Notes: generated by a model not told the origin, from the sequence alone. A stretch of DNA of 64,000 bases from Nitrosopumilales archaeon (GCA_044507735.1 JBIQJB010000001.1:192001-256000); one strand, 5' to 3'; positions 52,340-61,660 are shown, numbered from the stretch's first letter. Numbers and translations are program-made.

Positions 52340-52759
52340 TTACTTCCATTCATATCCTGTGGACTTGATTTGCCGTGTTGCAGGGTCAAACTCTGTCTCT
52401 AGGACAATGACAAGGTTGTTCAACCAAGAATATTTCTGCGAATTTGTGTAGCCTGAGATCATCACCAATCCTCTTATTTTTCCGCCCTCCACCGTCCTGC
52501 CCTTTTCGTGGGCCCACCACAAGAATGTGTCTCCGTCGGAAAATGTTACAAATCCATTGTAGCTTGCATCGACGACTCCGTGGGGGTATTGGGTCATTGT
52601 ACCAGAACCCGTGCTCCTAGCATTTGGAAACTTGCTCAATCCCCTCAGCTCCTCGACAAAGCTCAGTTCCATTGTCGTTCCTTCCACAGGGTGGACCTTC
52701 GTTATCTTGAAACTTACTACGCTGCCAGTCCCTTCAAAGACTTTTTCGTCAAAGACCAT
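52340..52759 (-). CDS. Hypothetical beta-rich protein ending GYEWK
   Basis: Intact 139-aa ORF from the ATG at 52759; paralog at 48958-49373. Confidence 0.8.
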   Translation of the reverse strand: MVFDEKVFEGTGSVVSFKITKVHPVEGTTMELSFVEELRGLSKFPNARSTGSGTMTQYPHGVVDASYNGFVTFSDGDTFLWWAHEKGRTVEGGKIRGLVMISGYTNSQKYSWLNNLVIVLETEFDPATRQIKSTGYEWK

Positions 52760-53231
52760 GACAAAGTGCAGAGTTTGCAGTTCATAAAGATTGCTTTCCG
52801 AGTTCTGGATTTTCTGACGGGACATCTAGGTCGCTAGCAACCGGCTAACCACGCACTATTGATTGGTGCCCAAGTTGTGATTCAAGAGTACCGTTGGCGT
52901 TTGGAGTTTGATTAAGATCGGGCCGAATCACATCGGTGACATCATTCGCTCTCATGCAGGAATCGATCTGAATCTTGCATAGTATGAAGTTGAATCACGC
53001 ACGAGACAGGTGGCGGTTTACTCAAAAGACGTACAAGAACCAACAGTAAATGGACTTGGTATCGGAACAAACAAAGTGCAGGTATTGAATGAAGGCGATT
53101 CGACAAAGATGAAGCCTCTTGAATGGATGGAAAAGAATTAATCGCGCGAAGTCCATGATATACTGAGAGTGCAGGGCCTTAACTGGATGGCGAGTGGAAA
53201 GGGTAGCTGCTGGATAATCATGACAGTTGCA

Positions 53232-54014
53232 TCAAAGTATGGCGGCAGCCTTTAGGAACATGATGACAGCTACAAAGATCAACACAACGCCAATGAGCAG
53301 CTTCAGAGCGTTGGCACTAAATCTGGTTGTATATTTCGCGCCGATATACCCACCTATCATAGCTGTCGAACCCATCAGGCCAAGCACCAAAAAATCTACA
53401 TTTCCATTTAGCAAATGACCTGCCAAGCCCGCCGCACCCATGATCGAAGATGCTGCTAGGTTTGTCCCAATAGCTACCTTTGGCTCCATCTTTAGCACCC
53501 CGATCATTGCCGGCATCCTTATGCTACCAAGTACTAATCCGACCATGCCGCCAAGAAAACCAACACCAAAGCCAATTGAGGATTCAACACCTAGATTTGG
53601 TTTACTCGCGGCCTTCTGTTCGCCCTTTCCTTTTTGAGAGCTAGTGATTAGCGAGTATGCTTCATAGGAAACAATCAAACCAATGATGACAAAGAGAAAA
53701 GTTACTGGCACATGCTGTGTCAGCATAGAACCAAGAAAAGCACCCGCTGCACCTGTAGCAGCCATTATTGCAAAGATTCTGAGGTGCACGTTATTCTGTC
53801 GGAAGTGTCTGATTGCTGCGGTCATGGCTCCCAGAGTGCTAATGCCCATGTTCGTTCCAGCAACCATAGCTACCGTAGCTCCTGCGCCTCCAGTCGTTGT
53901 GAGAATCAGTGGAAATCTAAGCACTCCGAGAACCAGGCCTAAAAGACCTCCTACAAATCCAATGGCTAACCCAAGTGAGCCAAGCATGATAATCGTGAAT
54001 AGGTCAATTGGCAT
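53232..54014 (-). CDS. TauE/SafE-family (sulfite exporter-like) membrane protein
   Basis: Two internal repeats GFVGGLLGLVLG / GFLGGMVGLVLG, AIGTNLA, GGYIGA. Confidence 0.88.
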   Translation of the reverse strand: MPIDLFTIIMLGSLGLAIGFVGGLLGLVLGVLRFPLILTTTGGAGATVAMVAGTNMGISTLGAMTAAIRHFRQNNVHLRIFAIMAATGAAGAFLGSMLTQHVPVTFLFVIIGLIVSYEAYSLITSSQKGKGEQKAASKPNLGVESSIGFGVGFLGGMVGLVLGSIRMPAMIGVLKMEPKVAIGTNLAASSIMGAAGLAGHLLNGNVDFLVLGLMGSTAMIGGYIGAKYTTRFSANALKLLIGVVLIFVAVIMFLKAAAIL

Positions 54015-54179
54015 TTTGTTCTATCAGGATATTATCGGAAGCAATAGAGCCTATAAAAGCAGATATTCACACCACGCGCAACGAAATGATCTCCGCGCGG
54101 GATGGAACGGTCAATCAAATTGCTTCCACGACACGAGTTTGCAACTGCGCTAAAATTCATGCTGGATAAAATGAGAAGA

Positions 54180-54545
54180 CTATCCCTTGCTTTTCGACCA
54201 CTTTATCATCCAGTCGATCAGCGACATGACAGATTCAACGAGCTCTTGTCCTTTTGGAGTCAGACGATATTCGACACGTGGTGGGATTTCGTTATATGCC
54301 TGCCTGCTCAGGATGCCGCTCTTTTCTAGTTCCTTGAGCCTAGAAGCCAGAGTCTTGCTGCTAATCCCTTTCAATGCCCGCCGAAACTGTTTGTACCTGA
54401 CAGGTCTTGTGGTGCAGCAGAGAGGTATCAGAATTTCAAGTGTTCCCCTTTTGGTGATAATTTTGCGCAGCTTGGCTGTCTCTGCCATCAAGGAATCAAC
54501 ATCGTATCCGCAGCCTTCGATCATTGGGAGCTTCTTGGTTTCCAT
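54180..54545 (-). CDS. HxlR-family winged-helix regulator
   Basis: ISSKTLASRLKELE, YNEIPPRVEYRLTPKG; Cys in GCG and LCC. Confidence 0.92.
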   Translation of the reverse strand: METKKLPMIEGCGYDVDSLMAETAKLRKIITKRGTLEILIPLCCTTRPVRYKQFRRALKGISSKTLASRLKELEKSGILSRQAYNEIPPRVEYRLTPKGQELVESVMSLIDWMIKWSKSKG

Positions 54546-54574
54546 GGTGAAACTAACGATAGCAGAGTATCCTT

Positions 54575-54613
54575 GACAAGTTAAATAGTTTCCCAAGTAA
54601 ACCTAAGCGGTGA
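54575..54613. promoter_or_regulatory. Candidate shared TATA box (TTAAATA, 54581-54587), imperfect palindrome and SD (GGTGA, 54609-54613) in the 72-bp divergent intergenic region
   Basis: GACAAG-TTAAATA; TAGTTTCCCAAGTAAACCTA; GGTGA 4 nt before the ATG at 54618. Confidence 0.5.
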
Positions 54614-54617
54614 TAAA

Positions 54618-54704
54618 ATGGCAAAGAATAACCAACCAAAAGAAGCGGTAAAGGAATGCTGCCCAGATGGTTCGTGCAAAGGTTGTTGCTGCTGTTGCTG
54701 TTAG
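54618..54704 (+). CDS. 28-aa polycysteine micropeptide MAKNNQPKEAVKECCPDGSCKGCCCCCC
   Basis: Manual translation; SD GGTGA; TATA box upstream; GGTGGTGAACAACC hairpin-like sequence and T6 tract just downstream. Confidence 0.75.
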   Translation: MAKNNQPKEAVKECCPDGSCKGCCCCCC

Positions 54705-54875
54705 GCGGTGGTGAACAACCCCTCTTTTTTCCAAAAAACCACGCGATCGGCAACAGCCGCAAATGTGCCGTAGCAAAAACAACCAACTTGCAGCACCCGA
54801 TACTAAACACCGAGTACGCAGCGGAACTCCAAACCCTAATACTTATATTAAGTTTATAAAACACCGTTATATTGT

Positions 54876-55649
54876 ATGGCATTTCTAGAAGTAAAGGATC
54901 TGCGCGTCAGCATCGACGGCAAGGAGATCCTCTCTGGACTCAATTTGAGCGTTGAAAAGGGTGAGGTCCACGCGATCATGGGACCAAACGGTTCTGGCAA
55001 GAGCACTCTTGCAAATGCTATCCTTGGTCACCCCAAGTACAACGTCGAGTCTGGCGATATACTCGTAAATGGAGAGAGCATCCTCGACCTGTCTACCGAT
55101 CTTCGAGCAAGGAAGGGTCTTTTCCTCGGATTCCAGTACCCTATAGAAATCCCTGGCGTTGGCTATAGCCACTTTTTGAGGAATGCTTACAACACTCTCG
55201 GCAAGGAAGACAAGAACCGCGAAGTGTTCCTCACTGTACGCGAGTTCCACGAGTACGTCAAAAAGAATCTTGACGCGGTAGGGCTTGACAAGTCGTTCTT
55301 GAGTCGATACCTGAACGAAGGGTTCTCCGGCGGGGAGAAGAAGCGCTCAGAAGTAATGCAGATGCTTGTCTTGAAGCCAAATATTGCGATACTCGACGAA
55401 CCGGATTCAGGGCTTGACATTGATGCCGTCAAGGCGGTGGCTGAAGCAATAAACAAGCTGATAGATACTGGTGCTGGTGTGATCGTGATTACACACTATG
55501 CTAGGATCCTGCGTTACTTGACAAAACTCGATCGCGTCCACGTGGTTGCAAAGGGAAAAGTAATCCGATCGGGTGGCAAGGAGCTTTCAGAAGAGCTGGA
55601 AACAAAGGGCTATGGCTGGCTTGGGATAGAAGAAGGCAAGCCGGAATAA
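54876..55649 (+). CDS. sufC: Fe-S cluster assembly ATPase SufC
   Basis: GPNGSGKS, FQYPIEIPGV, NEGFSGGEKKR, DEPDSGLDID, ITHY. Confidence 0.96.
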   Translation: MAFLEVKDLRVSIDGKEILSGLNLSVEKGEVHAIMGPNGSGKSTLANAILGHPKYNVESGDILVNGESILDLSTDLRARKGLFLGFQYPIEIPGVGYSHFLRNAYNTLGKEDKNREVFLTVREFHEYVKKNLDAVGLDKSFLSRYLNEGFSGGEKKRSEVMQMLVLKPNIAILDEPDSGLDIDAVKAVAEAINKLIDTGAGVIVITHYARILRYLTKLDRVHVVAKGKVIRSGGKELSEELETKGYGWLGIEEGKPE

Positions 55650-56031
55650 TAGTGAGACTGTAATTCACAGCTCTTCACTCCTCTTTTCTCTTTCGAATAT
55701 TTCCGAAATTCGGACGATGATCATCAACATAGACTCACGTGATATTGTCCAAAAACGCGACTTCTGCCTGCAGAGCGTAATCCTGGTTCTCAGTGATATT
55801 TGTCCGGGCAGCAGGTGCTGCAACCATAATGGGATACTCCGACTCGATGATTGATCTTTCAATTTCTCATCTACAAACCATGTATTCCTGCTTAGACAAC
55901 GGCAATGACAACAGGCATTATTCGGAGTTGCTATTGCAAGAATAGCTGTATATCAATTGTCTTGCAAGTGGCTGCACGCGTGAACGAATATACAATTGTT
56001 TTAAATATGGTTTGGAGGCAATTTACAGCAA

Positions 56032-56736
56032 ATGTCCGAAACACCCTCTTCTGCTGCTACTACTACTCCCACTGCAACTACTTTCTTGAACTTTTCATTC
56101 TTCAAGGTGGATCCAAAGTGGCGCTGGCTCAACGAGATCGGCAAGGATGAAGCGGCCAAAGAGTTTGCAAACCTGGTCGAAGTGGCGAACACTAAGATGA
56201 AAGTGCGAACATATTCGACTCTGGGTCTGCGTGAAGATTCTGACTTTATGATCTGGATGATATCTGATTCGGTCGAAAAGATGCAAGTCATGACTTCCAA
56301 GATCTATTCGACAGTGCTTGGAAAATACATCACACCGTCGTATGTCTTTTTGTCTGCAGCAAGACCATCAATCTATTCTTCGAGGGTTACGCCCGGCTTT
56401 ATGACCGACGAGCAGCCTATGAAATACTGCATCGTCTACCCTTTCGTAAAGTCACGCGAGTGGTACTTGTTGCCATTTGAAGAGCGGAAGAAAATGATGG
56501 AAGAGCACATCATGGTGGGTCGAAAATTTCCGCAGGTGAGGCTCAATACCACATACTCTTTTGGTCTTGACGATCAGGATTTCATGCTGGCATTTGAGAC
56601 TCCCGATTTGATGGCATTCCTGGAGCTGATAATGCAGTTGCGGGAAACAAAGGTGAGCAAGTACGTTGTCCGAGATACTCCTATGATTGTCTGCGTTTAT
56701 AAGGGAGTCGAGGACATCATCAAAAGTCTGGGATAA
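56032..56736 (+). CDS. Chlorite dismutase / coproheme decarboxylase family protein
   Basis: YPFVKSREWYLLP.EER..MM.EH, YSFGLDDQDF. Confidence 0.9.
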   Translation: MSETPSSAATTTPTATTFLNFSFFKVDPKWRWLNEIGKDEAAKEFANLVEVANTKMKVRTYSTLGLREDSDFMIWMISDSVEKMQVMTSKIYSTVLGKYITPSYVFLSAARPSIYSSRVTPGFMTDEQPMKYCIVYPFVKSREWYLLPFEERKKMMEEHIMVGRKFPQVRLNTTYSFGLDDQDFMLAFETPDLMAFLELIMQLRETKVSKYVVRDTPMIVCVYKGVEDIIKSLG

Positions 56737-57290
56737 TGCAGGCGCTAAAAGAATGGGCCGTTGTCTGCAGGGCTCTTGAAGATGGTCGACAGGTCGTGCT
56801 TTTGCGCAAGGGCGGCATACTGGAATACAAGCAGGGCTTTGAAGTGAAACACGACCGGTTCTTGCTGTTTCCCACATTTGAACACCAGTCTAAGGATCAT
56901 CTGCAGCCAGATTATGCGAATAAATTGGACGACGTGTTGAAAGAGCAGCCAGCCCCCGGCAGCAACAAGATAACTGCATACGCTGAAGCAGTTGAGGTCA
57001 AGGAGTTGACCGACCGCACTGCCGTGCACTCGCTTGCAAAATACCACATATGGAACGAAAGCTATGTTAATGCGAGGATTGATTACAACCCCAAGAAGCC
57101 AATGAGCGTGATATTACTCCGCGTTTTCAAATTGGACAGTCCCATAATGGTCGACAGCAAGCCTGAGTGGGTCGGCTGCAAATCATGGATACCGCTTGAT
57201 CTAGAGGCAGAAGGTAGGCCCGCGTTGAGTGATTCTCAGTTTGACAAAATCGCGGCAGAAGTCAGGGAGGTGCTATCTGTAGCAGCATGA
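56736..57290 (+). CDS. DUF1802-family protein
   Basis: ALKEWAVVCRAL..G.Q..LLRKGGI.E, LFPTFEHQ, GCKSW. Confidence 0.85.
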   Translation: MQALKEWAVVCRALEDGRQVVLLRKGGILEYKQGFEVKHDRFLLFPTFEHQSKDHLQPDYANKLDDVLKEQPAPGSNKITAYAEAVEVKELTDRTAVHSLAKYHIWNESYVNARIDYNPKKPMSVILLRVFKLDSPIMVDSKPEWVGCKSWIPLDLEAEGRPALSDSQFDKIAAEVREVLSVAA

Positions 57291-58273
57291 AATATCGAAG
57301 ACTTGGCAAGAGCGGAATAAAAGTAAGCGAGATAGGATTTGGAACATGGACTATTGGCCTCGACTGGTGGGGCAAAAAGATCGATGACGACGAAGCGATA
57401 AGAATGCTTAAGCGCGCATACGACCTTGGAATCAACTTCTTTGAGACTGCAGACATGTATGGTAAGGGCAAGAGTGAGCGACTGATGGCTCAGGCCTTCA
57501 AGGACATGCGCGGCGAAGTAATCTATTCAACAAAATGGGGTTATGACATGTACAATGCTGAGCAGGTTGGGCACAACGAGCTCCCACAAAAACACGACCC
57601 TGAATTCCTTCATTTTGCGCTTTCAAAAAGCCTCGAGAGGCTAGAAACTGACTATGTGGATGTATACAGTCTGCACAACCCCAAGATGGATGCGATAAAG
57701 AATGACGCACTTTTCCAGGCGCTTGATGACCTGGTGAAAAAGGGGACGGTCAAGAGCCACGGTGCTGCGCTTGGGCCCGCTATTGGGTGGAAAGACGAAG
57801 GACTTGAGGCGATAAGGAACCGCAACATCACTTGTCTCCAGACGGTCTACAACATATTGGAACAGGATCCAGGTCGCGACTTTATCCGCGAAGCCGAACG
57901 CTACGATGTTGGAATCATGGTACGCGTGCCCGACGCATCAGGGTTGCTCACGGGAAAAGTCACGGCCAATACAAAATTTGACAAGAACGATCACCGCAGC
58001 TTCCGAAAGCAAGAGTTCATCCTCGAAGCAGTGCAAAAGATAGAGAACATGAAACCTGTTGCAAACAGCAAGGGGTGGAATATCACCGAACTTGCGATCA
58101 AGTTCATCTTGTCGCAAAAGCAGATTTCCGTGGTGCTGCCGACAGTGACAAGCATGGAAGAGCTAGAGATGTTTGCATCGCTTTCCGATGGTAACTACCT
58201 TACTCCGTCAGAGGCTGCCCAGGTCGAACAAATGTACGAAAAGAACTTCTACGTCCAGCCAATCGCCAAATGA
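57287..58273 (+). CDS. Aldo/keto reductase
   Basis: YRRLGKSGIKVSEIGFG, FETADMYG, SLERLETDYVD. Confidence 0.92.
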   Translation: MKYRRLGKSGIKVSEIGFGTWTIGLDWWGKKIDDDEAIRMLKRAYDLGINFFETADMYGKGKSERLMAQAFKDMRGEVIYSTKWGYDMYNAEQVGHNELPQKHDPEFLHFALSKSLERLETDYVDVYSLHNPKMDAIKNDALFQALDDLVKKGTVKSHGAALGPAIGWKDEGLEAIRNRNITCLQTVYNILEQDPGRDFIREAERYDVGIMVRVPDASGLLTGKVTANTKFDKNDHRSFRKQEFILEAVQKIENMKPVANSKGWNITELAIKFILSQKQISVVLPTVTSMEELEMFASLSDGNYLTPSEAAQVEQMYEKNFYVQPIAK

Positions 58274-58815
58274 GTGCCACAACGGAGCTCTTGCAGGATC
58301 ACGTCTTCATCCGACGGCTGCAGACGGTCATTGAAAAATGCTACACTCTGCTATATGAAGGCAAGGAGGTGCCATTTGGCGACCTCGTCAAGATATCTGA
58401 CATGATTGAGCAGTTTGTGGACAACCTCCACCATGGTAAGGAAGAAAAAAGCTACTTTCCGGAAACAGAGGGCAGGGATCATTATTCAGAAGAGATCCGA
58501 AAGTTTGTGATAGAACACGAATTCGGCCGGAGGATCGCCAAGAGGGTGAGGATGCATCTGGAGGAACTTTTGCAGGGTAGGGACGCAAGGGAGCCTCTGG
58601 CGCGTTTCCTGAAAACTTATTCTGTCTTTATTTTGGATCATACTTCAAAAGAGGACAGGTTCTTTAACGACATTAAGGAAAGAAGATTGCTCTCTGACAA
58701 GGAAGAGGAGGATCTAAAAAGGGCTTTTGAACTCATGAGACGCGACTGCATGCGCAAGAGCGGCGACATGGAGAAAATGCTGCAGCAGCTGGAAAGCGCC
58801 GAGTGGGCGCGCTAG
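58270..58815 (+). CDS. Hemerythrin-like (HHE) domain protein
   Basis: DH, HHGKEE, EH, HTSKED. Confidence 0.85.
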   Translation: MSATTELLQDHVFIRRLQTVIEKCYTLLYEGKEVPFGDLVKISDMIEQFVDNLHHGKEEKSYFPETEGRDHYSEEIRKFVIEHEFGRRIAKRVRMHLEELLQGRDAREPLARFLKTYSVFILDHTSKEDRFFNDIKERRLLSDKEEEDLKRAFELMRRDCMRKSGDMEKMLQQLESAEWAR

Positions 58816-59807
58816 ACAAAATATTTCACGCGCTCTTTCTTGAACTCGCGGGAGCTGAAAAGTATCTGGTAGTCCTTTATGCCGATCGCTTCAGACATCT
58901 CGGCGGCCATTTTTTCTGCGGCCTCGAGCGTCCTTGCATGCACCATGCTGAATAGGTTGAACCTCCAGTCCGGGTAGATCGGCCTCCTGTAGCAGTGGCT
59001 TACTTGCGGAAAAGCGGCCAGCTTGAACCCAACTTCGTCAATCTTGTCTTCTGGCACATGCCACACGACCATCCCGTTGGCGACAAAGCCAGCGTCACGG
59101 TGGCGCAGTATTGCAGCAAACCGCCTCATGATTCCGTTCTTCTCGTATTCTTTCGCCCTGGCAAGCAGCTCGCCTGTTGTTATTCCCAAGTTGTCGGCAA
59201 GTTCCTTGAATGGCTCTGGTACCACTGCAAGATCCTTTTGGAGTTCGCGGATGAATTCCTTGTCTCGCTCGGTAATCTGCACTTTTTCTGGATTGAGCTC
59301 CTTCACTTCTTCAGTCGGCTTGGGTTTCTCTGGATCGCTGTTTACCATATCGAGCCTGACGCCTATCTTGTAGAGCTTTAAGGTGGGGAGCACTCTGTAC
59401 TTTATTACGCCGTCGAGAGCCGCCATTCTGTCAAGATCGACTTTCATGTCGGTGCCGGGCGGGACCGCAAGCGTGAACCACATGTTGTATTCGTGGTTGC
59501 GTTCATAGTTATGGCTGACGCCCGGATGCTCGTTCACCTTTTCTGCAACGTATTCAAGTTTGTCCGGCTTTACTGAAAATGCTACCAGCGCGCTCTTGTA
59601 GCCGAGTCTACGTGTGTCAAAGATCGCGTTTATCTGTCTGATAAGCCCGATATTTTTCAACGAAGATATTCTGCGCATGACTTCTTGTTCGGAGATTCCA
59701 TACCTTTGTGCAATCTCCAGATAAGGCCTGTCTACGAGAGGAAAAACCCATTGGATCTCGTTTAGCAGCTTCTTGTCAACCTCATCAAGCCGCTCGTTCA
59801 CTTGCAT
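58812..59807 (-). CDS. ahbAB: Fused siroheme decarboxylase AhbA/AhbB (Lrp/AsnC-like, NirDL-type)
   Basis: Two AsnC-like halves with VSHNYER and VSHCYRR, NLFSMVH. Confidence 0.88.
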   Translation of the reverse strand: MQVNERLDEVDKKLLNEIQWVFPLVDRPYLEIAQRYGISEQEVMRRISSLKNIGLIRQINAIFDTRRLGYKSALVAFSVKPDKLEYVAEKVNEHPGVSHNYERNHEYNMWFTLAVPPGTDMKVDLDRMAALDGVIKYRVLPTLKLYKIGVRLDMVNSDPEKPKPTEEVKELNPEKVQITERDKEFIRELQKDLAVVPEPFKELADNLGITTGELLARAKEYEKNGIMRRFAAILRHRDAGFVANGMVVWHVPEDKIDEVGFKLAAFPQVSHCYRRPIYPDWRFNLFSMVHARTLEAAEKMAAEMSEAIGIKDYQILFSSREFKKERVKYFV

Positions 59808-59865
59808 TTGGCAAAGTCAAAATTGTTTCCCATCTATTAAAAACCTACCTCTTTCACTATGTATC

Positions 59866-59958
59866 ATGGTAGATGCAGGCGACGCCCTCTGGATCACCTC
59901 TGTCATTGCACTGTCCATAGGAGCTACCTTTCTGATGCTGTATCTCCTCAGGCGGTGA
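59866..59958 (+). CDS. 30-aa single-TM micropeptide
   Basis: MVDAGDALWITSVIALSIGATFLMLYLLRR; TATTAAAA about 25-30 nt upstream. Confidence 0.5.
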   Translation: MVDAGDALWITSVIALSIGATFLMLYLLRR

Positions 59959-60184
59959 TCTAGCCTGCCGCCGCCCCTCCCTCCCCTAAACGTGCTCTCT
60001 TGGTTATAAGGATGGAAACCAAGCGTGTATTTGCCTGTAGGGCTTGTAGCCATCAAGGCGCCTGCTCCCCCAGCGCGCTCTACAGGCAAACCCCGATTTC
60101 AAGAATTTACACTCTTTCAGATCAGGGGGGTGCATATGGTTTATTTGTCAATTCCGCGAATATTGTACGTGGAGGAGAAGAAAC

Positions 60185-60391
60185 ATGGTTGACAGGGCAA
60201 GACTGGCAGCTACAAGATGGATTCCCTACAGCTCGGCAGGCGCCGCAGTATCACTTGTCGCCGGGTTTCTGCTGGGCCTTCCGCCGATACAGGTAATCGT
60301 ATCGACTGCACTGACCGCGACTCTGATCTTTAGCGGACTGTTCTTCCAGTCGTACGGAAGAGAAGAGAAAGGCCAAGAGGTCCGGCAATAG
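60185..60391 (+). CDS. Small two-TM membrane protein
   Basis: Two hydrophobic segments; GGAGGAG upstream. Confidence 0.6.
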   Translation: MVDRARLAATRWIPYSSAGAAVSLVAGFLLGLPPIQVIVSTALTATLIFSGLFFQSYGREEKGQEVRQ

Positions 60392-60486
60392 GATAATTCC
60401 CTTCTCACTTTTTTCGTCATTTGGGTAACAAGGTTACTGTTAATTTTTAAGTCGGGAGCGCGAAGTAAAGGGTACTAGAGAAGTCT

Positions 60487-60729
60487 ATGAGGCTATTTGG
60501 GTGGAAGCCGAAAGGCAAGATGTACAGTCTGAAATGCAACCAATGCGGCAAGGGCTTCTTGTCAAGCTACGCCCTTGAAGCACCAATATGTGGCACATGT
60601 CTTCAAAAAGCCAAGTCATTAGACTCTACCATAGAACACGAAAAGCATTGCATAAAGTGTGGTTCTGCAGGAGTGATCTATGGTAAGGAATACTGCTACT
60701 CTTGCTACTTTAATTTCGGCAAAAAGTAG
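60487..60729 (+). CDS. Small double Zn-ribbon protein
   Basis: CNQC, CGTC, CIKC, CYSC. Confidence 0.75.
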   Translation: MRLFGWKPKGKMYSLKCNQCGKGFLSSYALEAPICGTCLQKAKSLDSTIEHEKHCIKCGSAGVIYGKEYCYSCYFNFGKK

Positions 60730-60800
60730 GACGTCAATACGCCTCCATTGTGTGGAGGCGCCAGCAGAAGAAAGAAAATGTATGGATGCCCGTTGGTGTT

Positions 60801-61298
60801 TCACGCGGCGGATTCTCTTGCCATCATGCCCTTCCATGCCTGGAAGATCGGCTCATATTTTTTCGCCGGTTCGATCACACCTAACTGCATCATGAACCTG
60901 AGATCATCTCGAAATGCCTTATGCTCTACAATCTTGCTATCGGTGGTCAACCTATAGATGTGTGCTGCCATGTAGGAGAAACTATTGCCAGTGGGTTCTA
61001 TCCCAAAGAAGTTTCCTACATGCTTGCCGGTTACCCGGAGGATCATGATTACCTTGTCGCCAGACGCAATGGTTTCCTGCTCCTCGTAGTGCAGGTCCGC
61101 AAATGCGTTCCGAAGCTTTGTAATGGTGTCTCTCACCTCGTCCGCCCCGCGCAGCTTGCCTCGCTCAGGGCTTGCCTGTGACTCGTGGTTAAAATATTGC
61201 GAGTCAACCAGTTCGTCAATCTTGGTAACATCGCCGGTGTTAAATGCTTCGATCACTTTCCTTACTGTTCTTATGTTTTCTTCTATGTTACCTGACAT
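60801..61298 (-). CDS. SnoaL-like ester cyclase (NTF2 fold)
   Basis: AFADLHY, GDKV, GKHVGNFFGIEPTG, KIVEH...DDL..M.QLG. Confidence 0.9.
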   Translation of the reverse strand: MSGNIEENIRTVRKVIEAFNTGDVTKIDELVDSQYFNHESQASPERGKLRGADEVRDTITKLRNAFADLHYEEQETIASGDKVIMILRVTGKHVGNFFGIEPTGNSFSYMAAHIYRLTTDSKIVEHKAFRDDLRFMMQLGVIEPAKKYEPIFQAWKGMMARESAA

Positions 61299-61378
61299 GC
61301 GCGACTAGTCACCAAACTTATTCTTAAGAAATTTGGAAGAAAATTCAGATTTTCCAAAATAGAGAAAGGGAAAGGGGA

Positions 61379-61660
61379 TTAATCCTGTGGGAGAGGATCA
61401 TTCCTGCTAATCTTGTATGCAAACACGTCGTTGAACGTCAGCCCGAGGATCACGTTGCGGCCCGACGCGATTATCTTCTCTTTTGGTACTGCAAACCTGT
61501 AATCGTAGTGGCCGTCAACAATTATCTTGGTCTTCGTCTCCTTTATTACATGTCCCACATGGTCTTCGTCCTGCGTCCTAACTCCTTTGTTAAAAAGCGA
61601 AGTTGGGTACCTGCCCTCGTATGTGGCTAAATCAACCCTTGTATCTGGTATTGCCATCAA
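61379..61660 (-). CDS. Hypothetical protein (PRC-barrel-like)
   Basis: KGVRTQD..HVGHV...FAVPK. Confidence 0.65.
   Translation of the reverse strand: MMAIPDTRVDLATYEGRYPTSLFNKGVRTQDEDHVGHVIKETKTKIIVDGHYDYRFAVPKEKIIASGRNVILGLTFNDVFAYKISRNDPLPQD

Larger units (their letters stand above)
46768..53140. mobile_element. Decayed casposon-derived island at the aEF-2 3' end (right border uncertain)
   Basis: Three cas1 remnants, a direct repeat starting at the aEF-2 stop, accessory genes and pseudogenes; no polB, clear TIR or CRISPR array found. Confidence 0.65.

Noticed and set aside
46772-53200. CRISPR array or CRISPR-cas operon near the cas1 remnants
   Set aside because: No regularly spaced short repeats and no other cas genes seen
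46772-53200. Intact, active casposon
   Set aside because: All cas1 copies are broken, there is no family B polymerase, and I could not find convincing terminal inverted repeats by eye
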